Shown piece after piece: positions 24,897 to 37,557 of a DNA stretch of 63,910 nucleotides. The notes under the pieces were generated by a model, which made no database searches, was not told the DNA's origin, and saw only the letters and a program-made list of their open reading frames with translations. The stretch is from Saprolegnia diclina VS20 (Eukaryota), in NCBI RefSeq assembly GCF_000281045.1, contig NW_008246070.1:452048-515957 (forward strand). The letters run 5' to 3'. Position numbers and translations under genes: made by a program. The number at the start of each line of letters is the position of its first letter. Position 1 is the stretch's first letter.

Positions 24897-25142
24897 ATGT
24901 ACCGCAACTGGACCGTGTTTTGCAATGGCTGCAAGACCAAGCTCGTCGACTACGGCAAGCGCGGGAGCGGGACGTCGTCGCTCGTCAAGCTGCTGCCCGA
25001 GCGTATCCTCAAGAGCTACTTCCCGCCCAGCGCGCCCATGGGCACCTGCCCGCACTGCGCCAACGTCTTTGCGCGCCCCATGCTCTACAAGGGCCAGCCG
25101 GCGTGGAAGCTCATGACGCAAAAGATCTTTGTGAAAAAGTAA
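24897..25142 (+). CDS. Small intronless zinc-ribbon-like protein (2 x CxxC), unknown function
   Basis: GCCACC-ATG context, GC3-rich codons, motifs CNGC and CPHC; 81 aa. Confidence 0.7.
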   Translation: MYRNWTVFCNGCKTKLVDYGKRGSGTSSLVKLLPERILKSYFPPSAPMGTCPHCANVFARPMLYKGQPAWKLMTQKIFVKK

Positions 25143-25147
25143 CAACT

Positions 25148-27884
25148 CTACTGCTGCTTCTTCCGGGCCAGGTACCGCGCGCGAGCAGCCGAGACGGCGT
25201 CGTCCGTCACCTTGACCGGCTCGACCTTGACTAAGCGCGGCGCGTCGCCGACATCCATGGCGGCAGCAGCCGACGTCTCGGCAGCGACGAGCGCGGCCGG
25301 CGGCTCCCGCTGTGTGAGGCGGTAGCACTCGGACGGCTTGAGCTGCTTGGACGGCTTGTACATGTCGAGCCAGGCCGCGTCGACTTCGAGCACGTGGCGC
25401 ATGTAGCCTACACGACGGACGTTTCCACGCATGCCGAGGGCGCAGGAAGGAGCGTACCGCGGCTCGTATGCACGAGCTCGTGGTAGACGCAAAACTCGGG
25501 CGGCGAGCGTTCGCTCAGCGACGACGACGGGTGAATGTGGACAAGCTCAGCCGTCGTGTCCTCGGTTGACCCATGGTGCAGGCAGCGATAGATCGAATGC
25601 ATGATGCACTTGCGGGCGCCATGCATGAAGAAGCCCGCGGTTACTGTCCATGTAGCATATGAGACACATCTGCACACCGCTGCCAACGTACCGGCTTGCC
25701 GGACGCGGTCGAGAGCCGGCGTCGTGCTTGTGTGCGGTGGCTGGCGTCGACGCACCTTGTCGACCAACTCGTGGAGCTGCGACCGGACCGACGCGGCGGT
25801 GCGGAATGCTCGGCAGTGCAAGTGGCGCTCATGGCACCACGCTTCTTGCTCGTACGGCGGAAGGTGCTCCCAGGCTTCAAAGACTGCGAGACAGTGAGAG
25901 AAGGAGGAAGATGGAGCGCGCTTACGCTGGAGGAGCGTGAGGTGGTCACCGCGCGGATGAAGCGATGTTTCGAGGAGGTCCATGGCCCGGCGACGCGACG
26001 CCGCCATGGGGTCGTCGCGGTGGCGGTTGGTTTGAAACATAAAGACGTTCTCGACCGAGAGCATGGCGACGATCGTCATGGCTTCGTTCGCGCACTCAAG
26101 CTGGATGCCTTCCAGCAGCACGCTACACCACATAGTATCCGTCGTCTCTCAAGGTTTCAAGGTGTCAAGGTGTCAAGTTGTACCGGGCCAAGCGCGGTTC
26201 GAGTGGGAACTGTGCCATGTCCTTGCCAGTGGCCGTGACGCCGCCTTGGTCGTCCAGCGCGCCTACACCTCGTGGTCTGGACGGATGCTAGAAACGAGAG
26301 TCGTACCAAGGATGTAGAGTTGGTGGAGCGCGTCCAGAATGGCGTCTTCGGCCGGCGGATCCAAGTAGTCGAAGCCAACGACGTCGGCGATACCAAGCAC
26401 TTTGAGGTACAAGATGGTGTTGGCCAAGTTGGAGCGCTGGATCTCGGGCACCGTCTCGGGCAGCATCGATTCGTACGACTGCTTGGAGTAGAGGCGGTAG
26501 CATTTTCCCGCGCTACGCATATGTTGAAGACTTCGTACTGCGTTTCCAGCAGTGTACCTGGTGCGGCCGGCGCGGCCGGCGCGTTGCTGGGCAGACACTT
26601 GCGAGACGGGCACGACAACAAGGGACTCGAGGCCGCGTGTCGGGTTGTAGACCTATACTTGAAACTTTGAAACATTGAAACGTTCTAGTTCCCGCACCTT
26701 TTGCTTGGTAAACCCAGCATCCACGACGTACTTGACGCCATCGACCGTGAGCGACGTCTCGGCAATGTTGGTGCACACAATGATCTTGCGGTCGCGCGAC
26801 GGCTCAAAGATGCGCCGCTGCTTGGCACTGGACAAGGCACCGTACAGAGGCAGCACGTGGAAGCGCGCAACGTCGGGCGATGCGTCGCGCAGCAGTTGGA
26901 GCCGCTTGGTGAGCTCCTTGCATGCGTCGTCGATCTCTTTCTGGCCTGTGAGGAAGAGGAGGATGTGGCCTGGCGGCTCATTGCTGTGGATCTGCAGCGT
27001 CGCATCGACAGCCGCCGTGAGGTACGTCGAGACAGGCCCGGTTTTGCCCATGATTTGGTGCTGTTTCGAGTGGTAAATGTCGACCGGAAACGACCTCCCC
27101 GGCACGCGAAACACGGGGCAGCCGTTGAAGAAGGCGGCGAAGCGCTCGTCGTCTAAGGTCGCCGAGGTGACGATGAGCTTGAGGTCCTTCCGGGCTGAGA
27201 GGATCGACTTGAGGAGGCCAAAGAGGATGTCCGTGTGGATGCTTCGCTCGTGCGCCTCGTCGAGCATGATGATCGAGTACTGCTGCAAGAGCGGGTCCTG
27301 AAGACACTCGCGCACGAGGATGCCATCGGTCATAAACTTGATCTTGGTCTCGGATGTGCACTGGTCGTCGAACCGAATCGTGTACCCCACGGCCTAGACG
27401 CGCTCGATGAGAAGAGAGAGGGCAGCCGAGACGTACCTTGGGCGAGAGGCCAGAGGCCGCGAGCTCTTCGCCGACACGCTTGGCAACGGCCGTCGTGGCG
27501 ACGCGCCGAGGTTGCGTGATGGCAATGCGCTTCGTGGCACCGTAGCCCGCCTCCAAAAGGAACTGCGGCAACTGCGTCGTCTTGCCCGAACCCGTCTCGC
27601 CAATGCACACAATAATCTAACGCTTCTTGAGCGCTGCGAGGCTGCGGCGCGAGACGTATTACCTGGTTGGCGGCGATCGCAGCGAGCAAAGCGTCCTTGT
27701 ACTTGCCCACGGGTAGCGTCGCGCGTTGCGCTTGAAAGTCTTGGCTGCTACTGTCCGCTTGCGCCGGCGGCGACCGACGGCGCGGGCGGTCGGACGACGC
27801 ATCGCGCTTCACGCGGCCAAAGCCATCGGGCGACGGGGACCGGCGCCGCTTCTCGCGGGATCGACCTCGCGCTGCCATCGCCAT
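25148..27884 (-). CDS. DEAH-box RNA helicase (DHX8/Prp22- or DHX40-like), multi-exon
   Basis: [55 protein letters not shown], followed by HA2 and OB-like exons; short RS-like N-terminus. Confidence 0.93.
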
Positions 27885-27967
27885 GTCAAATTTCGAACGA
27901 CGCGTCTCATTGGCCAAAAATCCGGCATTTAAAATCCCCGTCTGTATTTTAATTCGGGAGTTGCGTG

Positions 27968-28465
27968 ATGCCAGCTGAGGCTGCCACGATCCAGGCAGCA
28001 CTGCAGAATGCACTGGCCGTGCAACTGGCCGAGACGCGACGACGGGGTCGGGACCGCCAGCGCCTGTACCGCGAGCGCAAGAAGCAACGAGAAGAGGACG
28101 AGGCCGAGCACCTCCTCGCTCAAGAGGCAGAGAAGCGACCACGGGGTCGGGAACGCCAGCGCCAGTACCGCGAGCGCAAGCGGCGCAAGGCCGCTCTTCT
28201 CGTGCCCATGGCCTGCGCTGCAACGGTCACGCCCAATCAACGCACCACACGCAAGAAGACGCCACAACAACTCGCCACGCCACAGCAGTCTGCGATTTTG
28301 GCGTTGCAGCGCGAAGACATTGCTGCAGAAGCTCGCCAAGCTCGTCTCGAGACCGCGTCATCTGCGCCCACATCCACGCAAGACGAGATGGTGGCCGAAT
28401 GCAGCGTCGCCCAGCTTGCTCCCTGTCCCGTGTGGGCGGGCCGTGCCAGGGTCTATGTCGTGTAG
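27968..28465 (+). CDS. Hypothetical basic protein with two tandem RGR(D/E)RQRxYRERK motifs
   Basis: Open frame divergent from the helicase with an internal 99-bp-period repeat at 28042 and 28141. Confidence 0.5.
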   Translation: MPAEAATIQAALQNALAVQLAETRRRGRDRQRLYRERKKQREEDEAEHLLAQEAEKRPRGRERQRQYRERKRRKAALLVPMACAATVTPNQRTTRKKTPQQLATPQQSAILALQREDIAAEARQARLETASSAPTSTQDEMVAECSVAQLAPCPVWAGRARVYVV

Positions 28466-28510
28466 CCCTCGCACGACGCAAGCAAGAGCAAGAGTTGATT
28501 CAAGTAGTCG

Positions 28511-29601
28511 CTAGTCGTCGCTTTTCACAGGCTTGAAGCCAGAGATGATCCCGTGCCACTTCTTGTTGATGACGATCCTATTGCACCATGACGACATCAT
28601 TGTCCGAGTCTCCGACGACGCCTGTACCATTGCTTCCAGTCGGCCTTGGTGCCAAACGAGAGGACATGTTCGACCATCGGTGTCGGCAGCGTCCGCCACG
28701 CCAGCGCTGCACAGAGCCATGAGCCATTTTGTATCCTTGGTGTAGCTTCCAACTGTACCTGTGAGCTCGCTCTCCAGGACCTCTACGTCGCGGGCGACTT
28801 CTTGAAGCTCCGCCGTCGCTTTCGACTGCTCGTCCACGGTTGTCACGAGCTCCATTTGCAAGCGCTAGCTCCAGCGTCAGCATCATGACAATCATGGCGT
28901 CGTCGTACCGCGAGTTGCTGTTCGAGGTCGAGGATCTTTGCCTGACGAGAGTCGACGCTGGCTTGGAGCGTCGCGAGGACGTCCGCTTTCTCGTCGAACG
29001 CGGCTTGGCGCAGGCGTAGCTCGCGCTGCAGCGTGTCCCGCGCCGTGTTGGCCGGCACGAGCGGCGCCAGGTGGGGCACGTTCTGGTGCAGCTCGACGGC
29101 GTAGCTCAGCTCTTTCTGGTTGATCCACGAAAACTCATTGTCCCACGTTAACGTGAGGACGCCGGGGCCGCGGACGTGGTGGCAGCCTTTCACCGCGCTC
29201 TCGTGCGACGCGCAGCGCGTGGGCGAGATGAGGAAGCGGTCGAGGCCCGTCGCCGCGTCCACGAACCGGATCGAGAAGACAATGTCCATCTCCTTCGTAT
29301 GGAACTCGTACGAGACCTCCGAGTCCTCGTACTCGACGCGCACGGGCAGGTCGAACTTGCCGCTCGCCGCCACGATCGCGTGGCTGCTCTTCCAGCTCAG
29401 GACGTCGGGCGCTGAGAGCGTCCGGGCGCGGACCTTGGCCGTCGTCTCGTCGGCGACGACGGCAGGCGCGTGGTCGGCCGCCGCATCGATCGTGTCGAGA
29501 AGCGCACGCCACTGCAGCCGGCGCTCGATCTCTTCCGGCGTCTCGTACGCCAGCCGCTGCGCGAGCCGCTTCTGGCGCTGCTCCTTGGCTCGCCGCGTCA
29601 T
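28511..29601 (-). CDS. GOLD domain + coiled coil + C-terminal F-box-like motif, 4 exons
   Basis: VSYEFHTKEMDIVFSI and GPGVLTLTWDNEFSWINQKELSY match the GOLD domain, followed by heptads. The spliced end reads LPTPMVEHVLSFGTKADWKQWIVINKKWHGII. Confidence 0.8.
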
Positions 29602-30002
29602 CTTACCGACTGCATCCGGATACCATCGGCCGATCGTTGATTGGACTGTCGACTTTGCCCTCGCGATCTTTCCAGACAGGCGGCCTCGGCCGCCGCATCA
29701 ACCCAAACCAACGTAGCCGACGCGTGCTGCGTCATGGAGCTGCGTCATGGAGCTGTGTCATGGTGCTTTGGAGACGGGCGCGTGCAGCGATCGGCCCGAG
29801 GACTATGGCCCCACCACGTTGCCACGACGACCAAGACGAGCACGGAGCTCGCCACGGACGCCTTATACATACCTATCGAGACCCTCAAGATGACGCCATG
29901 TACTCACGACGTTGCTTCAAAGGTAGCGCACATGCTTTTGCGAGTGGAGATCGCAATTCATCAAAAGATCCGATCGGCGCCGTTTCACAAACCCTTTGTG
30001 GC

Positions 30003-33000
30003 ATGCGCTTGGTCGTCGCCGTCGTTGCCGCGCTGCTTTGCCTCGGTGCGCTCATGTTGTGGTGACCAGCTCTTTACCGATGTGGGTAGGCACTGCGCAG
30101 CTGCCGTGCGCCTCGTACACGCCGCTCGAGGCGGTGCTCGAGACATGCGTCTCGTACGACATGCCGGGGTCTGCGCGCATGTCGTAGCAGCACGCCTCAC
30201 GCGCACGTAGGCCTAACACGGCGCATGTGTTTCACACGTCGTCGGCGATCGCGAGCAGCTCTGCGCTCGTCGTTGTCGGCGGCTACTCGATCAGCACGGG
30301 CCAGCCCGTGATTACGAATACAGTCCAAGTCTACAGCCCGTCGTCGCCGCAGACGGCCGTGTACCCTACGCTCTCGATCGCGTCGGGCGGGCCCAAGACC
30401 AACGTGCGTGACTGCAATGTACTTCGTGGAAGTGATGGCGTGTGCGTAGACGCAGCAGTTTTTACCGGGTTCCCGCATCGAGCATTCGGCTATCGTCTGG
30501 GAAGACGCCATTTTCATCTACGCCGGCACCAACACGGACATCATGGGCGATCTCTGGCGGTAGACAATCACCCTGTTCACGGACGTTTGATAATAGCATA
30601 GACTCTGCGTCGTCGCCCCGTACACCTCGGGCATCTGTATGCAGACGCGAAGCGCACGATCGTGACGCTTGTCTAGGGGACCAGGTGCTGAATGCAACGA
30701 CGTACACGCCAATAGCGCGCACGGGCCACTCGACAACCACGCTTCTCGTTAACGCAACGAGCAGCGTGCACCTGGTCTTTGGCGGCACACTCGCATACTC
30801 TTATGCCGTAGGCTCAGCCACGTCCTTGCCTGCCTCTGATGCTCGTCTAGGCGAGCAATGATACCGTATTCATGGTGTTGACCAAGCCAAGTCCCGGCCT
30901 CGGGTGTCAATCGGCGGTTCCGAGCGTGACGTGGCAGCCTGTGACGCTTTTACCCAATACCTCGAGCCCGCTCGGCCGCGCGTACCACTCGATGACACTC
31001 AACCGCGACGAGACAAGCCGCAGCTGCTTTGTCTTGTACGGCGGCCAGAGCCTCTTCAACAACTCGATCTTTAACGACGTGTGGACGCTCTGCCCGACGC
31101 TGCTGTCGGTACGGTCGCCAATGTTGGACAACATGTCATTTCTCTTGTAGACGCAAGCCCGTGCTGAGCAGCAAACGTACGTCTGGACGCAGCTCGAGCA
31201 GCTCGGTACGACGCCGCCGCCGCGCTTTGGGCACACAGCGGTCGCGTCGTACACCAACCGCTTTGTCGTCGTCGGCGGCTCGTTTCGGTGCGCGCCTCTC
31301 TCCTGCATATAGCATCATCCACTTGTGCTTCCACTAGGTTCCCCAGCGATTACATGAGTGACGGTTGGGAGTTCAACTTGGCGCTGCTGCGCTGGCTGCA
31401 GCTGCCACTAGCTTACACCAACGGCTCACTTCTTAGTCCGCGCCGGTCGGCTGCCTGTTATAACATAACAAATGTATCGCTGGTCGTAGCGCACACTCGA
31501 CTAACTACCTCAATGCGACCAAGACACTCGTCATCCTCGGCGGTGTCGGGCGGTGCGACGGCTCGTCCATATTGTCCGACTCGTCAGTTGCGTGTAGGTA
31601 CGCGCTCGTCACGGGCAACTCGATTCAGTGCGCGTACACGTCGGCCCAGTGCGCATCGGGGCTCGTTCAAGTCTACTGCAATGCGACGGGGCAGGTCACC
31701 AACCTTGCGCAAAGCCACATGGATACCATAAAGGATGCTAGATCGTCTGCCAACCGTGCGCCGCCGGGTCGTATGCAGCGAGTGGCGACGCTGCATGCAG
31801 CACGTGTCCTCCGGGTGCGTAGTTGCAATGGCGACGAGCGGTAAGAAGAGACATTCCTTGTGTAGGTACCTATGCTGTCGAGGGCGCGTCAGCGTGCACG
31901 CCGTGTCCCCTCGGCACGTACAGCGGCCTCATCGCCGCCCCGAGCCTCGCGTCGTGCCTCAGCTGTCCCCAGGGCACGTACTCGTCGATTCCTCAAGCCA
32001 CCTCGGCCGCCAACTGCACGCAGTGCCCCGCCGGTGCGCTCCTTCTTGGCTAAATACGTTCTATTGTGTTGGCAGGCACCTTTGCGGCCCAAGCCGGGTC
32101 GGGCGCGTGTTCTCCGTGCAGCGCGGGCTACTATTCGGGTACGTACTGCGCTTGCACGTCGCGTTTGCCAAGTTTTCGGGTAGTGGGCAACGCCACGCAG
32201 TGCTCCGCGTGTCCTGGCGGCACGTTCAGCGCGCCGCAGGCCCCCGCGTGCACCAACTGCTCGGCGGGGACGTACGCGCCGTCGATGGCGATGGACGCGT
32301 GTCTGGGGTGTCCCAGGGGCATGTACAGCAACGCGTCTGCTCTCAGCTGCACCGCCTGCCCCCTCGGTGCTGACCTTTGACACCTCTGGCACTGAAGTTC
32401 CTGTGATCTAGGCACCTTTAGCGCCCAGACGCAGTTTGCATTTGACGTGATTCGCTCCACACTGAACGCTTCGTAGGGCGAGCTGGGCCGGCTGCGCTGC
32501 GTGTCCGATGGGGTCGTTCGGCGCACGCACGGGCCTCGCTAAGTGCTCCGACTGTCCTGACGGCACGTACAGCGCAGTGGTCGGCAGCGCTAGCGCCGTC
32601 AGCTGTGTGAAATGCCCCTCGGGAACCTTCTCGAATGCAAACACGACCAAGGCCGCGGCTTGCACGCCCTGTGGTCTCGGGACGTATGCCAGCGCGACAG
32701 GTCCGCGGTACCTTACGATGCCATTTCATGCATGTCAATAGGCGCTGCGGGCTGTACACCGTGCCCACTCGACACGATCACACTGGCGACAGCCGCCACC
32801 ACATCGACGCTGTGCGTGTCATGCCCGATCGGGTCGCAACGCAGCCTCGCGAGTGCAACGTGCGAGGCATGTCCTCCCGGCACCCACCGGCTCAGTGCGA
32901 CTGCTGGCTGCATTTTGTGTCCCTATGGCACGTACACGAGCTCGCTTGCGGACGCTCAAAACCCCCAGTGCATTGGCTGCAGCCCCATGACGTTTAGCAA

Positions 33001-36000
33001 CAACGTCGGTAGGTGTCGAGATCGATTCAGATGGACGGTTTCATGGTCGGGGGTAGGGTCCACGGCGTGTACGTCGTGTGCACCGGGTACGTACGCCTTG
33101 AATCAGTGGGCAGCGTGCTTGCCGTGCTCGCCGGCGTGTCCCATCGGGCGCAACGGAGGCGTCTGCTCGTACCACGGCACCTGCAGCTACGGCGGCTGCA
33201 GCTGTAGCGACGGCTTCTCGGGCGTGGCGTGCCAGACGCTCGCCCCGGGCCTCCCGTCAACGACGGCTGCCAATGCATCCGGCGTCCTGTACTTTGCAAC
33301 GCCCAATTGGACGCTGCTCTTCGACAACGTGTCGTCGAACGCGGTGCTCTTGGCGCGCGACGGAGGCTACCTCGTATGACGTTGTTGTGTGAACGGCTTT
33401 GACGACGCGTTTAGGGGACGCTCAGCGTCGTCGTCGCACTTGCTGGAGGCAATGGCTCTGCGTCCAATGGCGGGCTCCCGTCGATGTGGGCGACGACAGT
33501 CACGTTTGCACCGCAGCAGACATCGATGAGTCTCTCGCTGCCCGTCGCAGCGATCAGTAGCGGGCAAGGCTGCACCTCGATCGCCCTCTCGTTGCGCAAC
33601 CTCAACCTTAACGCTGGCGGTGCCTCGAACGTGTCGCTCACGGACAGCGCTTCGTTGACGCTGCTCGTGCTAGCCACGCGCGTTCCTACCACCGCGCTCC
33701 TGCAGGTACTCGTGGATATGCAGTTTGGGTTGCTGTCTGCAGTGCACGATGCGCAGGCGCCGTCAACTGCCAACGGAATGAACGCGACCGTGCTCGTGGC
33801 CACGACGCAGAGCTCGAGTCTTTCGATTTTGCTCGCGCTGCCCGCACCGGCTATCGTTGAGACGTACTTGTACGTGGATGCGAGCTTTGACCAGTCGTAC
33901 ACGCCGCTGTTGCCCGCGCTGCTCGCTGCCGTCCAGGTACGTACGGCCGATAGCTTGAATGCACAACGTTGTCTTGTGCTAGCAAAAGTACGAGGCGCAA
34001 GGCGTCGACTGGCACTTCGCCTCCAACCTCAATGCGGCCTTGTCGACCTTTGGCTACGCGGCGAGTACGCTCCTCAGCGCGGTGCAAGCCATCACGGTCG
34101 ATGCGACGAGGTGCGACATGCCAATTCTACAATATGCAGCCTTTGTACCAATGTTGAGCAGCCCGTTCAACGCGGCGCCGCTCTTGGCCACCAACTTCTT
34201 AGCGTCGATCCCGTGGAGCCCAGGTGCTCGGCGCACGCTGCTTGTCATGACAAACGCTCCGTCCATCAACACGGCAACGACAACGTCGAGCACGCTGCGG
34301 ACAGTAGGGTCTTGCATTGTACTAGTACTAACTATTAGTATGCGTTGGACCCTAGGCGTGCGTCGCAGCCAACGTCGTACCGCTCTTTCTCGTGCCGACG
34401 GCCAAGCAATCCATCTTCAACGGTCTCGTCCAGAGCTTTGGCGCCGTCGTCGGCTTCAACGTCAGGTACACATAGCGTCGTACAGTCTGGCGTCGAGCGC
34501 TCAAGATGGCCAGTAGCACGTTCCCAGCGAGCGCGTGGCAAGCCCTTCAAACCCCTTGCACGGTAGTACTAGTCTTCTGCAAGCACGACGCATCATCTGC
34601 AATTGTAGCCGGTCGCGAGCATCAGTAGCACACCGACCAACAGCCTCCTGCAGTCGGCGGCGTGGAATACCAACGCCGTCACGCTCACCTTTCGACGAGC
34701 AGTGCTCGGGTCGGACCCGGCGCAAATGACGTCGCTCGTGACGGTCCTCGGGTGCGTCGTCGTCCGTACATGTATAATCTCTATCATTTCGAGGGGTAGG
34801 GTGGCCGTACTCCGAATCTCTCAGCTCACTTTTTCCCCATCGTGCGCAAACTCGGTTGCGGTGGCGCCGTCCGCGACGACGCTTGCCGGGTGGCTGCCGC
34901 CAGTGACGACACTCGCGTCTGCCCAAGCCATCTGGACAGCGCAGTCGAGTGCAAGCAGCTTGGCGCTGCTGAGCGCAGCCAACCAAAGCCTCGTGCTGCA
35001 GTCGACGGCACTCGACCAAAACGCGAGCTACAGCGCGTCCTTTCCCGTGCAGCTCGAGCGCGGGACGCCCGTCGTCCTCGTGGGCTATGTCAACACCAAC
35101 ATTGGTGGCGCGATGACGGCGTAGGTCAGCACAAGCTGTCTGTAGAAACACGTTGTTGATGCGTAGAGCCGCGTCCATCGAGCTCGTCGTGAACCAAGCC
35201 CTGCGCTTTCCCGTGAGCCTCCCGGTGGCTTCGTCGAGCAGGTTGTTGCTGTCGCTGTACGACTTAAGAGTTGGTTCGAGGCGCTACTCTTACTAGTGCC
35301 TTTGTGTGGCAGTTCTTTGCCCTTGAGGTCAGTCTTCCGCAGATTACAAGCCAACTGCAGCTGGTCGTGAATGCGTCCCGCGCCCTCGGCGTCGCCAGCC
35401 TCGGGCTCTTTGTCGATGGCCCGTACTCATGCAGGTAACGCTGTCCCGTCCTCTCAAGAAGATCGTCCTCCATGCGTCCACAGCTGTGCGAGTGGCAACT
35501 ACATGCGCGCGGGCGTCTGTTCGCGGTGTCCGACCGGGTCGGCCTGCGCCGGAGGCATCAAGCAAACGTGTACGCAGCAGACGTTCTCGTTTGGCGCTGC
35601 ATCGAGCTGCAAACCGTGTTACCCCGGTAGCTACCGTCGACTGTTCGTCGACCTCATCGTTGTGGAGGCTGGACGTGCTCGGGTGGCTTTGCGACGCCGT
35701 GTCCTCTCGGCACATATACCCTCGATGCGACAAGCTGCGTCGTCTGTCCCGCCGGATCCGCGTGCCGCCAAGGCCTTCGGTACAGCTGCGTCGACTGACA
35801 AAGTCGCATCGCGCATTTGTAGCTCGACCTGCGGCGTCGGGACGTTTGCCCCGAGCGGCGCGCCCCACTGCTCGCGCTGCCTGCCAGGCACATTCGCCAA
35901 CGTCACGGGGTACGGCGTCATCATGTCCTATCCATGAGCGCTCTCTAGCTCGAGTGTGTGCTTGGCGTGCCCGCCTGGGCAGTCCTCCAACTACATGCGA

Positions 36001-36268
36001 GACCACTGTCTTCCCTGCGCGCCCGGTGGCTATGCCAATGCGCCGGTACATGGAATGTGCGTAAGATGCCAAACCGACCTGGTTAGGGCTCGTATCCGTG
36101 CGTGGCGTGCCCCGCCAATGCATTTGCACCGTCCGGTCAGTCGACGTGCGCCGCCTGCCCTTCCGTACGTTGCGAGGTCCTTCAGTGGAGTCTCATATGG
36201 CGTAGGGAACGTGGACGCCGTCGGCCGGCGCGCAGCAGTGCGAACCTTGCCCGCTCGGTGTGTGCTAA
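30003..36268 (+). CDS. Large secreted mosaic protein: kelch propeller, GCC2/GCC3 (ephrin-receptor-like) Cys repeats, EGF, Calx-beta-like, degenerate vWA-like; more than 20 exons
   Basis: Signal peptide MRLVVAVVAALLCLGA; kelch motifs ARTGHS, GRAYHS..LYGG and PRFGHTA; many CxxCPxGTY repeats; EGF CSYHGTCSYGGCSCSDGFSGVAC. Exon chain only partly resolved and it could be two genes. Confidence 0.72.
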
Positions 36269-36301
36269 CAACTTGGCCCAAGAAGCCTGTATAAGATCGC
36301 T

Positions 36302-37261
36302 TCATAAATCTGGTGCGCAGCTCAGAGTACGCCGGCGCTGCGGAATCGGCGGCGGCAGCTTTGCGAGGTCGTACGGGTCGTTGTTGGCTTCCATCTTATA
36401 CAGAGCATCGTCCTCTGCATCATTATCTTCGACTGGCATCTCTACCTCGGGGTCCGACCTAGAGCACGTGGCATGAGACCTCGACTATCGAGAGTGGTAA
36501 AGTACATCGAGTCGCTTTGTTCCGGCGGCAGTTGTCGCCGACGCCACACAGCCTTGACCTAACAAGATGGTCGTTTTGTGAACACCTCAGAACCGGCGGG
36601 TACCGGCGACCCTGTCTGCGTGTCGACCACGCACGGCAGCATCGCGATGTTGACTTTGAGGAGGCGCGGCAGTGCGCTCTCGAGCGACTAATTCGCACTG
36701 GACATGAGACGGCGCGACCTCAAGCGCCGACGTACGAGGTCGGGGTACCGCTTCAGCGCGACCATGCCGAGGGCCTCGAGGAAGAGCGCGTACGAGATGC
36801 GGCGCTCGCCTTTGGGCTTGACCTTGGCGAACGTAATGTCAATGTCGACGTTAGCGAAGCGGGCGCCAATGAGGCTGGGGCACTCGCGGCAAAACTTGGC
36901 AAAGTTGGTACCATCTACAGGTCGGATAAGTGCTGCGACGAAGCGTCCTGCGAGCTCGTACCCATGGTCGTCTCGGACGTGCACGTGCGTCCAAAGCGGC
37001 AGTAGAAGAGGAAGACGCCACGCAGCAGCGTGTGCGGATCGTTCGGATCGCCTTCAAGCGTGGCATGAGGCGTGTGCATCATCTACCAAGCATGAGGAGA
37101 TGGATGACAGCGCAGCCTACGGGCGATGGCGGCGGTACATCATGGACGACAGCGGACCGCGACCGAGGCTTCCGGCGCGGACTCGGCGCGGGCGGGAGCG
37201 TTGGCTGGAGGCGGCGCGGGAGCTGCTGGTGCAGCCGCGTGAAGATGTTCTCCTTGTTCAT
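36302..37261 (-). CDS. p25alpha/TPPP-like protein, multi-exon
   Basis: The spliced product contains LRGVFLFYCRFGRT..MDGTNFAKFCRECPSLIGARFANVDIDITFAKVKPKGERRISYALFLEALGMVALKRYP, the TPPP/p25alpha core. The 3' exons are less certain. Confidence 0.8.
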
Positions 37262-37557
37262 CCGAATACCGTCTGCCGTTTCGAGAAACAGGCCGCTCCG
37301 ATACAGTGTACTCTGCCGCACAAAGAAGGGTCGGCAGCTGCGCCGCCGCAGTCTCTACCACGTCGCCATCCACCACGAGGCTCCCGGTGCATGCACCATT
37401 GCGACCGACCACTGCATGCACCGTCTTGCAGTCGCCCGCTACGATGCGCGGCCTCGATCCCATGCCTAGATGCTTCCTTGGCCATCAATGCAACCTTCTT
37501 GTCCTTACCACTTCCTCCGTGCTCTAGACACCTCCACGCCGAGTGCAACTGTACAAG

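Noticed and set aside
21468..27884. SLU7 close to a Prp22-like helicase as a splicing gene cluster
   Set aside because: Unrelated genes (PMM, zinc-ribbon protein) lie between them, orthology to Prp22 is not established, and chance proximity is likely in a dense genome.
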